NCBI GenBank assembly: GCA_965214775.1
Contig: OZ243974.1
Span: 960,001-1,024,000, forward strand
Source of the DNA: Nitrosopumilus sp.
GTDB lineage: Archaea > Thermoproteota > Nitrososphaeria > Nitrososphaerales > Nitrosopumilaceae
Length of the DNA stretch: 64,000 nucleotides
Direction of reading: 5' to 3'
In this document: positions 22,022-32,182 of the stretch, one piece after another
How the letters are laid out: every line of letters begins with the position of its first letter
Position numbering within the stretch: the first letter of the stretch is position 1
The notes under the pieces: model-generated
The model's input: only the letters and a program-made list of their open reading frames with translations
What the model was told of the DNA's origin: nothing
Databases searched by the model: none
Translations under genes and position numbers: made by a program

Positions 22022-22325
22022 GTAACAGGTTGAGCTCTAGAAGCTCAGACGTGAATCTTGCCACTGCTAGTTCTCTTGGGTAGCATCTCCGGCCAGCAGA
22101 ATGATTTGGAAAAAATACAACACATAAAGATCGCAGGATCTGTTTTCTAGGTATTGGTAGTGGATCCTGGCATTGCGGACGCGGACTGGAACAATCCCGA
22201 CCCGGTGCCACTGCGGTCCGTATCCCGAAAAACACAGCAGATTGTGCCAAAATCCAGCTTCCAGAGACCCATCAGACAGATTCGTGCCTGAAATCAGGAA
22301 CAGCTTCCAGAGCCCGGCCTGTTAC
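22022..22325. mobile_element. composite C-family MITE remnant
   Basis: GTAACAGGTTGAGCTCTAGAAGCT...AGCTTCCAGAGCCCGGCCTGTTAC; no TSD. Confidence 0.6.
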
Positions 22326-22438
22326 CATGCAAGGGGTGGAAATTCAGAAAAGCGTGCAGATTGAGTCAAACAGCCGGAATTGCGCGACAACCTCCATACG
22401 ATCTAAGAAAATATAACTCATCAGAGCTATCAGATACC

Positions 22439-22936
22439 ATGCTGAGTATAACATCCGTTTCCGGAAATATTTTTCATGACAGGGGATACGAGTCGCTAAA
22501 GGACAGGGGGTTTGAGCGGTTCAGGGTCTCACGTGCAGAGCTTGAAAAAAGCCGCATCAGAAGGCAGACGGACATGGGAACGGATATCGGCCTGGCCCTC
22601 GCCCCGGGCAGGATCCTGCGCCATGGCGACGTACTGCTGTCAGGTGGCGGGAAGGTCATAGTTGTAGAACAGCTGCCAGAAAAGGTGATCTCCGTCAGGC
22701 TCAAAAACAGCAAGGCGTCCCGGGTCGATCTTCTGGTGCTTGTCGGACACATTATAGGAAACAGGCACAGGCCAATCTCAATAAAAAACGACGTTATCTA
22801 CTTTCCAATCCAGGCAGACTCTGAGCTTGAGGTGTTTCAAAGACTGTTTGCAGGCGTGATCGACGATATCGAGCTGTCGGTTGACGAGATGGTCTTTAGC
22901 CCGCATACGGAGGCAGGTGTACACGACCATGGATGA
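22439..22936 (+). CDS. ureE: urease accessory protein UreE
   Basis: LRHGDVL, GHIIGNRH, His-containing C-terminus. Confidence 0.9.
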   Translation: MLSITSVSGNIFHDRGYESLKDRGFERFRVSRAELEKSRIRRQTDMGTDIGLALAPGRILRHGDVLLSGGGKVIVVEQLPEKVISVRLKNSKASRVDLLVLVGHIIGNRHRPISIKNDVIYFPIQADSELEVFQRLFAGVIDDIELSVDEMVFSPHTEAGVHDHG

Positions 22937-23624
22937 TCCTGCAGTGGAGCTTGGCATGATGCAGCTGTCCGACTCGTTTTTTCCCACGGGGCTGTTTGCG
23001 ACCTCAAACGGCCTGGAAAGCCTGTTTATGGACGGGAGGGTCACCTCCGCGCACGATCTGGCCGAGTTCAGCAGGGTATGCCTTGAGCAGCAGGTGGGGC
23101 CGTCTGACTGCATAGCCCTCTCAAACGCATATGGTTTTGCAGAGTCCTCAGACCGCGAGGGCATAATGGAGCTGGACGCAATATGCGCCTCCATGCGGAC
23201 GGTAAAGGAGGCCAGGGACGCGTCCCTGAGATCCGGGGCCCAGCTGGCAAGGTGTGTCAGGGGGTTTCAGGGCGGCGACGGGCTCCTAGGCTGGTACTAT
23301 AATGAGATTCAGAACGGGGGCGTCGCCGGCTCCTATCCGGTCTCGCTTGCAGTATGCTGCAACGCGCTTGGAATAAAAAAGGAAAAGGCGCTGCTGATGC
23401 TGCTTTACGGCTTTGTTGCAAGCAACGTGGGCGCCGCACTGCGTCTGGGAATGATCCAGCACCTTGAGGGCCAAAGGGTCATACATGAGTTGAAACCGGT
23501 GATGGCAAGGGTCGCACGGATGTATTCGGGCAGGACGGTCGCGGACATGTGGCAGTTCGCACCGCAGATCGAAATCAACCAGATGTCACATGAGGGGATG
23601 GACTCCAAGATGTTCATCACATGA
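22929..23624 (+). CDS. ureF: urease accessory protein UreF
   Basis: QLSDSFFPTGLFATSNGLE; C-terminal HE...KMFIT. Confidence 0.92.
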   Translation: MDDPAVELGMMQLSDSFFPTGLFATSNGLESLFMDGRVTSAHDLAEFSRVCLEQQVGPSDCIALSNAYGFAESSDREGIMELDAICASMRTVKEARDASLRSGAQLARCVRGFQGGDGLLGWYYNEIQNGGVAGSYPVSLAVCCNALGIKKEKALLMLLYGFVASNVGAALRLGMIQHLEGQRVIHELKPVMARVARMYSGRTVADMWQFAPQIEINQMSHEGMDSKMFIT

Positions 23625-24283
23625 GGCGCATCAGGATGACAAGAATCCCGAGGATAGGCATCGGCGGCCCCGTCGGCTCTGGAAAAAGCATGCTTATCGA
23701 GAGGGTCGTTCCGGTACTGGCGGGGAAGGGCTACAGCGTCAGCGTGATCTCCAATGATGTCATCTCAAAGGAGGATGCAGACAGGATGAGGGAGAACCTG
23801 GCCACAAACCGCGGACTGCTGCCCGAGAACCTCGTGATCGGCCTTGCCACGGGGGGATGCCCGCACACGGCAATCAGGGAGGATCCATCGATGAACATCG
23901 CGGTAATAGAGGAGCTAGAGGAGAGCCACCCCGAGCTGGATCTCATCATAATAGAGAGCGGGGGGGACAACATAACGACGACGTTCAGTCCGATTCTTGC
24001 GGATTACTTTATCTACATTATCGACGTTGCAGGGGGCGACAAGTATCCCAGAAAGGGGGGGCTGGGAATCGAGAGTTGCGACCTCTTGGCAATCAACAAG
24101 ACTGACCTGGCGCCGCTCGTGGGCGCGGACTTGGACGTCATGAAAAACGACGCCCGGAAGCTGAGAAAGGACAAGCCGTTTTTGCTCATAAACTGTAAAA
24201 CCGACGAGGGAATAGGGGAGGTGGCTCAGCACATCATCCACGACGTGCTGTTTGACGCGCAGCCAAAGGCCGGCGCCTCCTGA
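23621..24283 (+). CDS. ureG: urease accessory GTPase UreG
   Basis: GGPVGSGKS, TGGCPHTAIRED, ESGGDN, NKTD. Confidence 0.96.
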   Translation: MRRIRMTRIPRIGIGGPVGSGKSMLIERVVPVLAGKGYSVSVISNDVISKEDADRMRENLATNRGLLPENLVIGLATGGCPHTAIREDPSMNIAVIEELEESHPELDLIIIESGGDNITTTFSPILADYFIYIIDVAGGDKYPRKGGLGIESCDLLAINKTDLAPLVGADLDVMKNDARKLRKDKPFLLINCKTDEGIGEVAQHIIHDVLFDAQPKAGAS

Positions 24284-24292
24284 CGCAGGAAA

Positions 24293-25219
24293 ATGGACGG
24301 TTCGGATTTTTACACGCCATCGGACGTTCCTGAAAGCATCAGGGCCTTTGACTCCGAGGTAAGGCAGCTGGCAGTCGGAAAGGCCGGAAAAAACGGCTCC
24401 CTGAGGCTGGTCTTTCAAAGTGATCAGAACGGGAGGACCGTCGTGGGGGATCTGTTCTCCGAGGCGCCCCTTCACGTACAAAGGGCGCTGCACTATGACG
24501 ACTCGTGCCCGGACCTAGCATACCTGTACATGGTCTCATCGTCCGGCGGGGTGCTGCAGGGAGACCGATACAGGATTGACATCACGATGAAAAAAAACTC
24601 TAGGGCCCACGTTACAACACAGGGTGCAACCAGGATTTACGGCATGGATTCAAACAGCGCGACGCAGATGATCAACATTACGCTAGACGAGGACTCGTAT
24701 CTGGAGTTTGTCCCGGACCAGATAATCCCGTATCGCAACTCAAGATTCTACCAGAAAACGAGCCTGAGGGTACACGACTCGGCCACCGCGGTCTGCTCAG
24801 AGATTGTTACTCCCGGACGGACTGCAATGAACGAGTCATTTGAGTATGACGTGTGCTATCTCAAGACCAGTGCAAGCAATCATGAAAACGTCACTAGATT
24901 CACGGATGCCGCAAGCCTTGAGCCAAAAAAGCAGGGGCTTTCATCCCCCGGGATCCTTGGGGGCCATGCGGTTGTAGGTTCCGTATACATTCTGACCGGA
25001 AGGCAGAACGCCTCAGGGCTGCACGGGCAAGTCAACGCGGCAATTTCCGAAAGTGCGGGGGTCTTGGGCGGGGCAAGCCTCATGAGAAACGATGCCGGGC
25101 TGCTGGTCAGAATTCTAGGAGACGAGACCGAGCCTGTCAGGGATGCGATTCTGGGCATAGTCGGCTCTGTCAGGAGGGCGGCAATCGGCGCATCGTTTTC
25201 AGGCATTAGAAAGAACTAG
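24293..25219 (+). CDS. ureD: urease accessory protein UreD/UreH
   Basis: SGGVLQGD, TTQGATRIY, PGRTAMNESF. Confidence 0.92.
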   Translation: MDGSDFYTPSDVPESIRAFDSEVRQLAVGKAGKNGSLRLVFQSDQNGRTVVGDLFSEAPLHVQRALHYDDSCPDLAYLYMVSSSGGVLQGDRYRIDITMKKNSRAHVTTQGATRIYGMDSNSATQMINITLDEDSYLEFVPDQIIPYRNSRFYQKTSLRVHDSATAVCSEIVTPGRTAMNESFEYDVCYLKTSASNHENVTRFTDAASLEPKKQGLSSPGILGGHAVVGSVYILTGRQNASGLHGQVNAAISESAGVLGGASLMRNDAGLLVRILGDETEPVRDAILGIVGSVRRAAIGASFSGIRKN

Positions 25220-25294
25220 ACGGATGTCTCTGAGGGTGATACGGGAGTTGCTTCCTAGCTCGGCAATCAGTCTGATTTTCTAAATTCTCTCCGG

Positions 25295-25431
25295 AGAGGT
25301 GATCCGAAATTAGAAACCGTGCGAATTTTTCAAGCAATTTCACAGATATCTTGTATTTTGTTGATATTTTGAGTTGTTTTATGCAAATTCGTTCACAAAT
25401 AATCAGAGTCTGCTAATTTTGAATCAACTCT
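25295..25431. mobile_element. F-family MITE (ends of the 56018-57176 IS)
   Basis: AGAGGTGATCCGAAATTAG...CTAATTTTGAATCAACTCT; flanks CGG/CAG. Confidence 0.85.
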
Positions 25432-25647
25432 CAGGGGCCATCCTGCTACTTCTTTTTCAACATCTGTCGGTATTTACCTAACTCACTCATCTTGTATCCG
25501 TTGACGTTTCCTATTGATGGATTTGATATCTTTACGAGGCTGCAAAGTGGGATCATGTTTGCAATCGCTGAAAAATTTTTGTTTGTTTCAAACGAGTGTG
25601 CGGTTATGAAAATACAACGATGGCAGATCGGTCTTCCTGCAGTGCGG

Positions 25648-27960
25648 CTAGCCGAGCAGGACTACCGGCTTTGAGGTAAGCTTTAGGACCTTCCTGGTCA
25701 CGTGCCCAAGATCATCCCCGGTGCCTCCAAGCCCCCGGCATCCCATTGCAATCAGATCCACGCCCAGCTTGTCTGCCAGCTCGGCAATCTTAACCGGGGG
25801 ATTGCCCAGCTTTACGATTCTCTTGTAGTCATTGATCTGTTTTGGAACCACGATGCTTCTGAGCACCAGGTGTCCCTCCTCCTGCATCTGGGAGCTGAGT
25901 TCCTCATCCATGTTCTCCTCCTGCTCGTCAGGCCAGTCTATGACATGCAGTAGGTAGATCTGCACTCTTGCAGCGCCCCTGAAGAGATAGTTTGCATTGT
26001 CAAGTGCCTTGAGGGATTTTACAGAGCCGTCAACGGGCACTAGGATCTTCATCACGGGGGTAATATCGCCTGAGTCGTCCTCAAATTCCGGCCTGTCGCG
26101 ATACTCATCATCGCCGGTGCTGGCCCTTGAGATGATCTCCCTGATGCTGCTTCTGGCCTCAAGAAACGGCAGGATTATGACGGATCCCGCCGCGCCAAAC
26201 GCCCAGACCACCGCAAGGGCAATCCAGGCCGTAAAGGACTCGATGGAAAAGACGTACTCGGTAAGGTAAAACGACATAGGCCAGACGATTACAAGGAATA
26301 TCGTTATTCCAAACCCGACCCTCTTGCAGAACCTGGATGCATTCTCCAACAGCCTCTCATCGGTGTCGCGCTTTAGCATCGAACGGACCCTGTCGTCGAC
26401 TACGAGGATTTTTTGCTTCAGGGCGCGAAAGTCAAAGTTTTCTGGAACAAGCAGGCTTCCGCCAACGGTGAGTGCAAGGCTGGTCAGTATAGACGTTACG
26501 TTTCCCACAAGCAGCGGAATCGTATTCCCGGTAGATGAGATCGTAACCTCCCCAAACATCAGGCTTGCTGAAAAAATCCATGCGATCACTCCGCAAAGCA
26601 GACCAACCAGCGCCCCGGCCGTTGCCGCGTACCTGTTCGTCTTTTTCCACAGGATTGAAAACGAGATCGGTGCTACTGCAGAGCCGATCAGGATCCCCAT
26701 CATCAGGTATACATACTGCAGGCTGACACCGAACTGAAACAGTATTGACGCCAGTACCCCCATCCCCATGCCAAAGCACAAAATGGCGAATCTGGAAACT
26801 CGGATAAGCTCCCTTCCCGTCGCAGAGGGTTTCAGGTACGTCCTAAAGACGTCATATGTCATCAGGGAGGAGACGCTGACCAGCTGCGAGGAGCCTGCGG
26901 CCGTGACTGCCGTAAAGACGATTGTAAGGATCAGGATCGCCCCCAGATCGCCCATCAGCTGCGCGGCCGCAGTCGGGGCGACGAGTCCAAGGCCTATCTG
27001 ATCCTCGGTCAGCGTGACGCCCGTCGCGACTGCGGCCAGGCCAAGCGTCGTGGCCAGGGCAAACGGGATTGCAAACCACGCAAGCCCCCCCACGATAAAG
27101 CCGCCCGTCGCGGCCCTCGGCCTTGCGGCAATGGATCTCTGCCAGTATGACTGGTCAACGAAGACGGTTCCAAAGTTTCCCACGATGTTGATTATGCCAA
27201 AGATCAAGGCGCCGACTGAGGCAAGGGTCAGGAAGCTTCCCAGCGCGTTTCCCTCGACGGGTGTCAGTGCGGAAGCCTGGCCAAGCTTGTCATACATCCC
27301 GGAGATCCCCCCGATATCCGGACTCACAAAGTAGATTACCGTGACAAAGATCAGTACCACTACAAAGATAAACGCGGTGTTGATGTATTCTGCAAAAAAC
27401 GTCGCCTTTAGCCCCCCAAAGACGGTATAGAGTATTATTCCTAGGGGCAGCAGGAATGCGGCAAGCGTTATGTCCACGCCAGTAAGGGAGTTGACGACTG
27501 CGGCGCCGCCGAGGACAAGCATTGCTGTAACTATGGTATTTGTCATCAGTGCAAAGAACAAAAAGACCTTGTGGGAGTGCCTCCCATACCGGACGTATAT
27601 CATTTCCGGAAACGTGTGGGTCATCGGCGCCTTGCGCTTGAGCTCTATTGCAAGGATCGAGAACAGAATCACCTGGATGCTGGCGCCTGCGGCATACCAA
27701 AACGATCCGGCGATTCCAAACTCAAAGGTCACGGTGGATGACTGCAGCAGGGTTGCTGCCCACGTCCATGCCGAGACTATGGATGAGGCAATCAGCCCCA
27801 TCTTGATGGTTCTTCCCGCCGTGTAGAACCACTCGGATGTTTTTCTCGTGCCAAGCCATTTCGTCTCGGCCTTTACCATCAGGGTGACTGCAAGCGCCAT
27901 GATCAGGCCGACTCCGATCAGCACGAGAAACCCGACATTTTCCGGTAGGATGGATGTCAT
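25648..27960 (-). CDS. second DUR3-type symporter with a C-terminal USP domain
   Basis: DUR3 motifs, then MKILVPVDGS...MGCRGLGG...LGHVTRKVL. Confidence 0.9.
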   Translation of the reverse strand: MTSILPENVGFLVLIGVGLIMALAVTLMVKAETKWLGTRKTSEWFYTAGRTIKMGLIASSIVSAWTWAATLLQSSTVTFEFGIAGSFWYAAGASIQVILFSILAIELKRKAPMTHTFPEMIYVRYGRHSHKVFLFFALMTNTIVTAMLVLGGAAVVNSLTGVDITLAAFLLPLGIILYTVFGGLKATFFAEYINTAFIFVVVLIFVTVIYFVSPDIGGISGMYDKLGQASALTPVEGNALGSFLTLASVGALIFGIINIVGNFGTVFVDQSYWQRSIAARPRAATGGFIVGGLAWFAIPFALATTLGLAAVATGVTLTEDQIGLGLVAPTAAAQLMGDLGAILILTIVFTAVTAAGSSQLVSVSSLMTYDVFRTYLKPSATGRELIRVSRFAILCFGMGMGVLASILFQFGVSLQYVYLMMGILIGSAVAPISFSILWKKTNRYAATAGALVGLLCGVIAWIFSASLMFGEVTISSTGNTIPLLVGNVTSILTSLALTVGGSLLVPENFDFRALKQKILVVDDRVRSMLKRDTDERLLENASRFCKRVGFGITIFLVIVWPMSFYLTEYVFSIESFTAWIALAVVWAFGAAGSVIILPFLEARSSIREIISRASTGDDEYRDRPEFEDDSGDITPVMKILVPVDGSVKSLKALDNANYLFRGAARVQIYLLHVIDWPDEQEENMDEELSSQMQEEGHLVLRSIVVPKQINDYKRIVKLGNPPVKIAELADKLGVDLIAMGCRGLGGTGDDLGHVTRKVLKLTSKPVVLLG

Positions 27961-28097
27961 GGACAGGATCAGTAGTCATGACTCCGGTATTAAAGTGGTG
28001 GTCAAGGCTCCGGCCGGGCGCGGCCTGTCCTTTGAATTCCAGCACTCCCAAAAGTGTCCCACAAGGCCGCGGCTCCATGCTCTTTTTAGCACAGCTG

Positions 28098-28185
28098 TAG
28101 TATCAACATCAAAAAATGGAATATAATTTTGGCACGTCGTGCCTATTTCGCCAAAAAAATATTCGATTTTCAACTGCACGCACTA
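28098..28185. mobile_element. H-family MITE-like repeat
   Basis: Reverse copy of 44130-44216 and 52188-52274. Confidence 0.65.
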
Positions 28186-28297
28186 TGGCCCCAAGCGGTT
28201 TTGGCGTGTGTGAAATACGGCAAGAAGAACTCGTCGTCGTGAGGAGCCATATCTGTCAAAATCCTACTTGGGCAGTCCTCCTCATTAGACTGCCCTG

Positions 28298-28435
28298 AGA
28301 GTCGACTCGAAATTGGCAGATCTGATTATTTGTTAACGGATTTGCATAAAGCATCTTAAAATATCAACAAAATACAAACTATCTGTGAAATCACTTGAGA
28401 AAAATTCGTACGGCTTCTAGTTTCGGATCATCTCT
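28298..28435. mobile_element. F-family MITE, inverted relative to 25295
   Basis: Same TIRs; TSD CTG. Confidence 0.85.
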
Positions 28436-28546
28436 CTGCCAGCTTGGTCTTCATAGTCATGTCCCACACGCCGCATCCATGGGAGAGGCAAGTCCTTGCC
28501 TAGGCCTTGAAAACATGTTAAATACGAGTCTGCAGTTGTGGAATAA

Positions 28547-29086
28547 ATGGTAGACAGGATAGACGAGCTGATAATCTCTGCTCTCAGCCAGAACTCGCGA
28601 CAGAGTGTCTTTGAGATTTGGGATTTCCTGAAGGGTTTCGGTCACAACGTTGCCGAGGAGGAGATCGAGTCGCGCAAAAAAGCCCTAGAGGAGGAGGGGA
28701 TCATCAAGAGGTATACGATTTCGATTGACTCGAAAAAGCTTCCCGGCAGGGTCATACGTGTTGATCTGGTGACGTTTAGGACATCGCAGGCCCTGCAAAA
28801 AAGGCTGGAGGGATTAAAAAAATACCTCAATGACGCCCCGTTCGTCATCTTTACGGGAAAGACCAGGGGCGGGTACGACTGGATTACGATAAAGTCGTTT
28901 CTGTCATCGGAGATGGCAGACGAGGAAAACGACATGTACAGGAACTTGTTCGGGGATATAATTCAGACCTACGAGGTGTACGACTTTGTTCCACAGACTG
29001 ATGCCTCGCTTTATGCTCTGACATATACGGAGGCAGAATACAAGAGATTCCTCAGGGAATGGGCTCCCCCGTTCATCGGCAAATAA
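28547..29086 (+). CDS. Lrp/AsnC family regulator
   Basis: DRIDELIISALSQNSR...LEEEGIIKRYTISID. Confidence 0.85.
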   Translation: MVDRIDELIISALSQNSRQSVFEIWDFLKGFGHNVAEEEIESRKKALEEEGIIKRYTISIDSKKLPGRVIRVDLVTFRTSQALQKRLEGLKKYLNDAPFVIFTGKTRGGYDWITIKSFLSSEMADEENDMYRNLFGDIIQTYEVYDFVPQTDASLYALTYTEAEYKRFLREWAPPFIGK

Positions 29087-29110
29087 GCCGGCGTCGACTA
29101 GATGCTGTCT

Positions 29111-29989
29111 TTAGCTCCGGAGGCCGGTGCTTTTTGAGCGGCCCTTTTTGTATTTCAGCGCATCGTCGATCATCGCATGTGTCTGCCTTCTCATGTTCAT
29201 CAGAAACTTGATCAGATCCACCCGCTCCCTTGGACTGGCCTTGTGGGCATCCTCAATCAGATCATCTATTCTTGAAAGCGTGATCTTCAGGGCCAACGTG
29301 CTTTTCCTGATGATCTGCGCCTCCTTGGATCTTGCCTCCCTTTTGTATCCGCATTGGTCTGACTCTGCCTTTAGCCGGCTTTTTATTTTTCTGATCTGCC
29401 TTACCGTAAGCTTGTTGTCGACTATCTCGTCGACAAGCTCCGTCTTTAGCGCGGGGCCGACGCCGGTAAGCTCCAGCGCCTGGCTGATGCTCAGGTCGCT
29501 GCTAGTCACCCTGCCTTTTACCTCCTCGGGGAGTTTGAGCAGCTGCATCCTGTGTGATACATACTCCTCGCTCTTGCCAATCCTCCTTCCAAGATCGCTT
29601 ACGCCGCCCCAGCCAAAGTCAACTACGTATCTTTGGTAGGCCTCTGCCTCCTCGATGGGATCCATTGACTTTCGCTGCAGGTTTTCTGCCAGCTGGATCT
29701 CGTATGCCTGCTTGTCAGAGAACTCGCGTATTTTGCACGGGATGAGCCTCCACCTGAGGGATCTGCATGCGGCAAACCTCCTATGGCCGGCTACAATCTC
29801 AAAGCCGTGCTCCAGTGGACGGACGACTATGGGTTGAAGCAGGCCGTGATCCTTTATGCTTGATTTGAGGTTGGCCATCTCCGGGGAGTTCTTTGGATCA
29901 GGATACCGGATCGGAAACTTTGAGGGCCTAATCATCCGTAGTTCAATTGGTTCAACCAACGAGTTATCATAGACCTCTGTGCCAGCCAT
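29111..29989 (-). CDS. ParB/Spo0J-like protein
   Basis: GLLQPIVVR, VAGHRRFAA, ENLQR, HTH. Confidence 0.9.
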   Translation of the reverse strand: MAGTEVYDNSLVEPIELRMIRPSKFPIRYPDPKNSPEMANLKSSIKDHGLLQPIVVRPLEHGFEIVAGHRRFAACRSLRWRLIPCKIREFSDKQAYEIQLAENLQRKSMDPIEEAEAYQRYVVDFGWGGVSDLGRRIGKSEEYVSHRMQLLKLPEEVKGRVTSSDLSISQALELTGVGPALKTELVDEIVDNKLTVRQIRKIKSRLKAESDQCGYKREARSKEAQIIRKSTLALKITLSRIDDLIEDAHKASPRERVDLIKFLMNMRRQTHAMIDDALKYKKGRSKSTGLRS

Positions 29990-30787
29990 GCCCGAGATAT
30001 TCTACTCGCGTATAATATTTATCGATTTATAGGGATCCTAGATACGTGTCTTATACAGAGATTAGATCCGCCCAAGATAAGGCGTACGATCGCCTAATAT
30101 TTCAGGCTGTGCCGATCAAGCAAAGACATGACAAGAAAGATGCCGGACAAGGAGATCAGGTATGTCATCGGGGGCCGTAATGATAACCACATCCTGGACT
30201 CTGGAAGTTCAGGCATGGATTTTGCCACTAGTGAATGCCGATCAAAGAGGGTTTGCGTCTGAAACCGTGGGTGTTGCCTAATTCATCAGAATTCCTGAAA
30301 ACCATATGATGTTATCGTCTGATAGTTTGTTGCATAACTCGATTTTTTTCTTGCTTGAATTTGTCAAAAATAGCAAATCTGTATAAAAATCACCGTCTAC
30401 CCCGGATCTGCCTATGATCGAGATCAGAAGTTTTTTGACGAAAAAGGACGTTATGCAACAGACTATTATCCCGACTAGAAAGGGCGGAAATTCAGAAAAA
30501 TGTGCAGGTTGAACCAAACAGGCGTAATTACGTGACAACCCATCTGCCATCCCTAAAACCAGAAACGACTTCAAGAGCCCGATCAGTTACTGCCAACCTG
30601 GCTTTTACGCCTAGAATACCAACCGTAGGCTTGACAAAATCCTCTGATTTGAGATTTTTAGTTTTCAGAGTTTAGAAGCATAAAATCAATTTTCTTGTCT
30701 GTCATAAATTCAAATTTAAGACATGCTACAATTTCTCTTTATATACATAGAATATTAAGGGAGGAGAAATCATTGTGAGCAGTCAGA

Positions 30788-31324
30788 ATGAGAGAAAGTA
30801 GGATTTCGGCAATCGAATTAGTTAGATCGGAGGATGAGTACTCGTCTGATGACAAAATAGAGATTAACGTGCAATTTTCAGTCCAGGGAGGCCTCAGAGA
30901 TGCGTTTAACGAGGCAAGCTGGACAAAGGCCTACAACGACAATGATGTTTCATTTAAGATGAAATACGGAGTCAAACTGACTTCAGGGGGATTCAGAAAA
31001 AAGGAGCTTGGAAGGACTGTTGACACATATAGAAAGGCATCAATATTTTGGACCAGAAATCCCAAACTCGTCAATCCGATGAAAGACAGAAGGATTTGGG
31101 TTCAGGTGGCAAAGAATTTTGAGCCGTTTATCAGACTCACAGAGGAAGAGGTAAGGGAGGAGTTGTTTGATTTTGATGAGAAATTTGTATTCAATGCTTC
31201 GGACTTGGGCAAAGGAAAACACGTGTTGAGTGCAGAGGCGTTTGCGTCATGGCAAAAGCACGATTATACGGAACCAGGAAGTGTCAAAAACAATTCCGGT
31301 GAAATTGAGATTACAATCAATTAG
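30788..31324 (+). CDS. hypothetical protein
   Basis: 178-aa ORF with core-like composition. Confidence 0.7.
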   Translation: MRESRISAIELVRSEDEYSSDDKIEINVQFSVQGGLRDAFNEASWTKAYNDNDVSFKMKYGVKLTSGGFRKKELGRTVDTYRKASIFWTRNPKLVNPMKDRRIWVQVAKNFEPFIRLTEEEVREELFDFDEKFVFNASDLGKGKHVLSAEAFASWQKHDYTEPGSVKNNSGEIEITIN

Positions 31325-31372
31325 GGCAGGCTCAAGGACTTCTTGATATAAAGACCGGGGGTTGTTTTTATC

Positions 31373-31736
31373 GCAAGAGTTTACCCCTCAGGCGGCACTG
31401 CTGACTAGAGTGCAAGAGTTTACCCCTCAGGCGGCACTGCTGGCCGGAGCCTTCATGGTCACGCCTGCCACGTCGTATCTTGGGGGAGGGGTAAGCTCTT
31501 ACGACTAGAGTCTTCATAATCACTCCTGCCACGCCGTATCTCAGGTGGGGGTAAACTCGTATAGCAACGGGCAGGAGTCTTTGAGTCAAAGTAGGCCATA
31601 ACTACACGTAAAAAACCTCAATTATTTCTGCTCGTTGCTATAGCTGTACTGATCTGTATTAGACCTTAGCGTATTTGTCAAAAATGACGTAAAAGCCGCC
31701 TAGTTTTTTGATCTGTACCGATTACGCACAAGGTCT
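31373..31736. mobile_element. nested MITE stack: E inside E, then A, then D
   Basis: Inner E 31412-31502 with TSD GACTAGAGT; A 31562-31640 in a TA; D 31661-31736. Confidence 0.88.
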
Positions 31737-31757
31737 GTTATTTCTAATTGAGCCGTT

Positions 31758-31904
31758 CTGTGGAGAACTTCTGGGAAAATTGGTATTACAGTAAAGCCTA
31801 AAACATGGCAGTATTGGATGAAGAGGGCAAAAAAAGAGGGTAAGACGACGCGAGATTGGGTTCTCAAAAGAATCTGGACTTCAATGGCAGTGCCGGCCAG
31901 TTGA
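31758..31904 (+). CDS. possible small ribbon-helix-helix protein (start uncertain)
   Basis: KIGITVKPKTWQYWMKRAKKEGKTTRDWVLKRI fits the RHH pattern; no ATG start. Confidence 0.4.
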   Translation: MWRTSGKIGITVKPKTWQYWMKRAKKEGKTTRDWVLKRIWTSMAVPAS

Positions 31905-31931
31905 TGAGATCCGACGAAAGCTTCGTATACT

Positions 31932-32180
31932 ATGCTTAATGATGAGATAGGTGATATGGGCACATACATCAACATGCAGGGATTCATTAGTGACGTTGAT
32001 GAAATAACTGCCCAGATGTACGGCAAGGCCGTCGACAAGTTCCAAAAGGCACAAATCAATTTTTTAGAAAATTTGAATAAGGATGATGCGTTGGCAAGAT
32101 CGCAAATCCAAGCCAACTGCGACCGCAATAACATTGAAAAGCCATCACAGATAACGAAGGTTTCTAAAGAGGTCATCTGA
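31932..32180 (+). CDS. small hypothetical protein
   Basis: 82-aa ORF ending 2 bp before the next gene. Confidence 0.55.
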   Translation: MLNDEIGDMGTYINMQGFISDVDEITAQMYGKAVDKFQKAQINFLENLNKDDALARSQIQANCDRNNIEKPSQITKVSKEVI

Positions 32181-32182
32181 TA

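Noticed and set aside
31373-31562. CRISPR array or tandem repeat
   Set aside because: Fully explained by one E MITE nested inside another with a 9-bp TSD.
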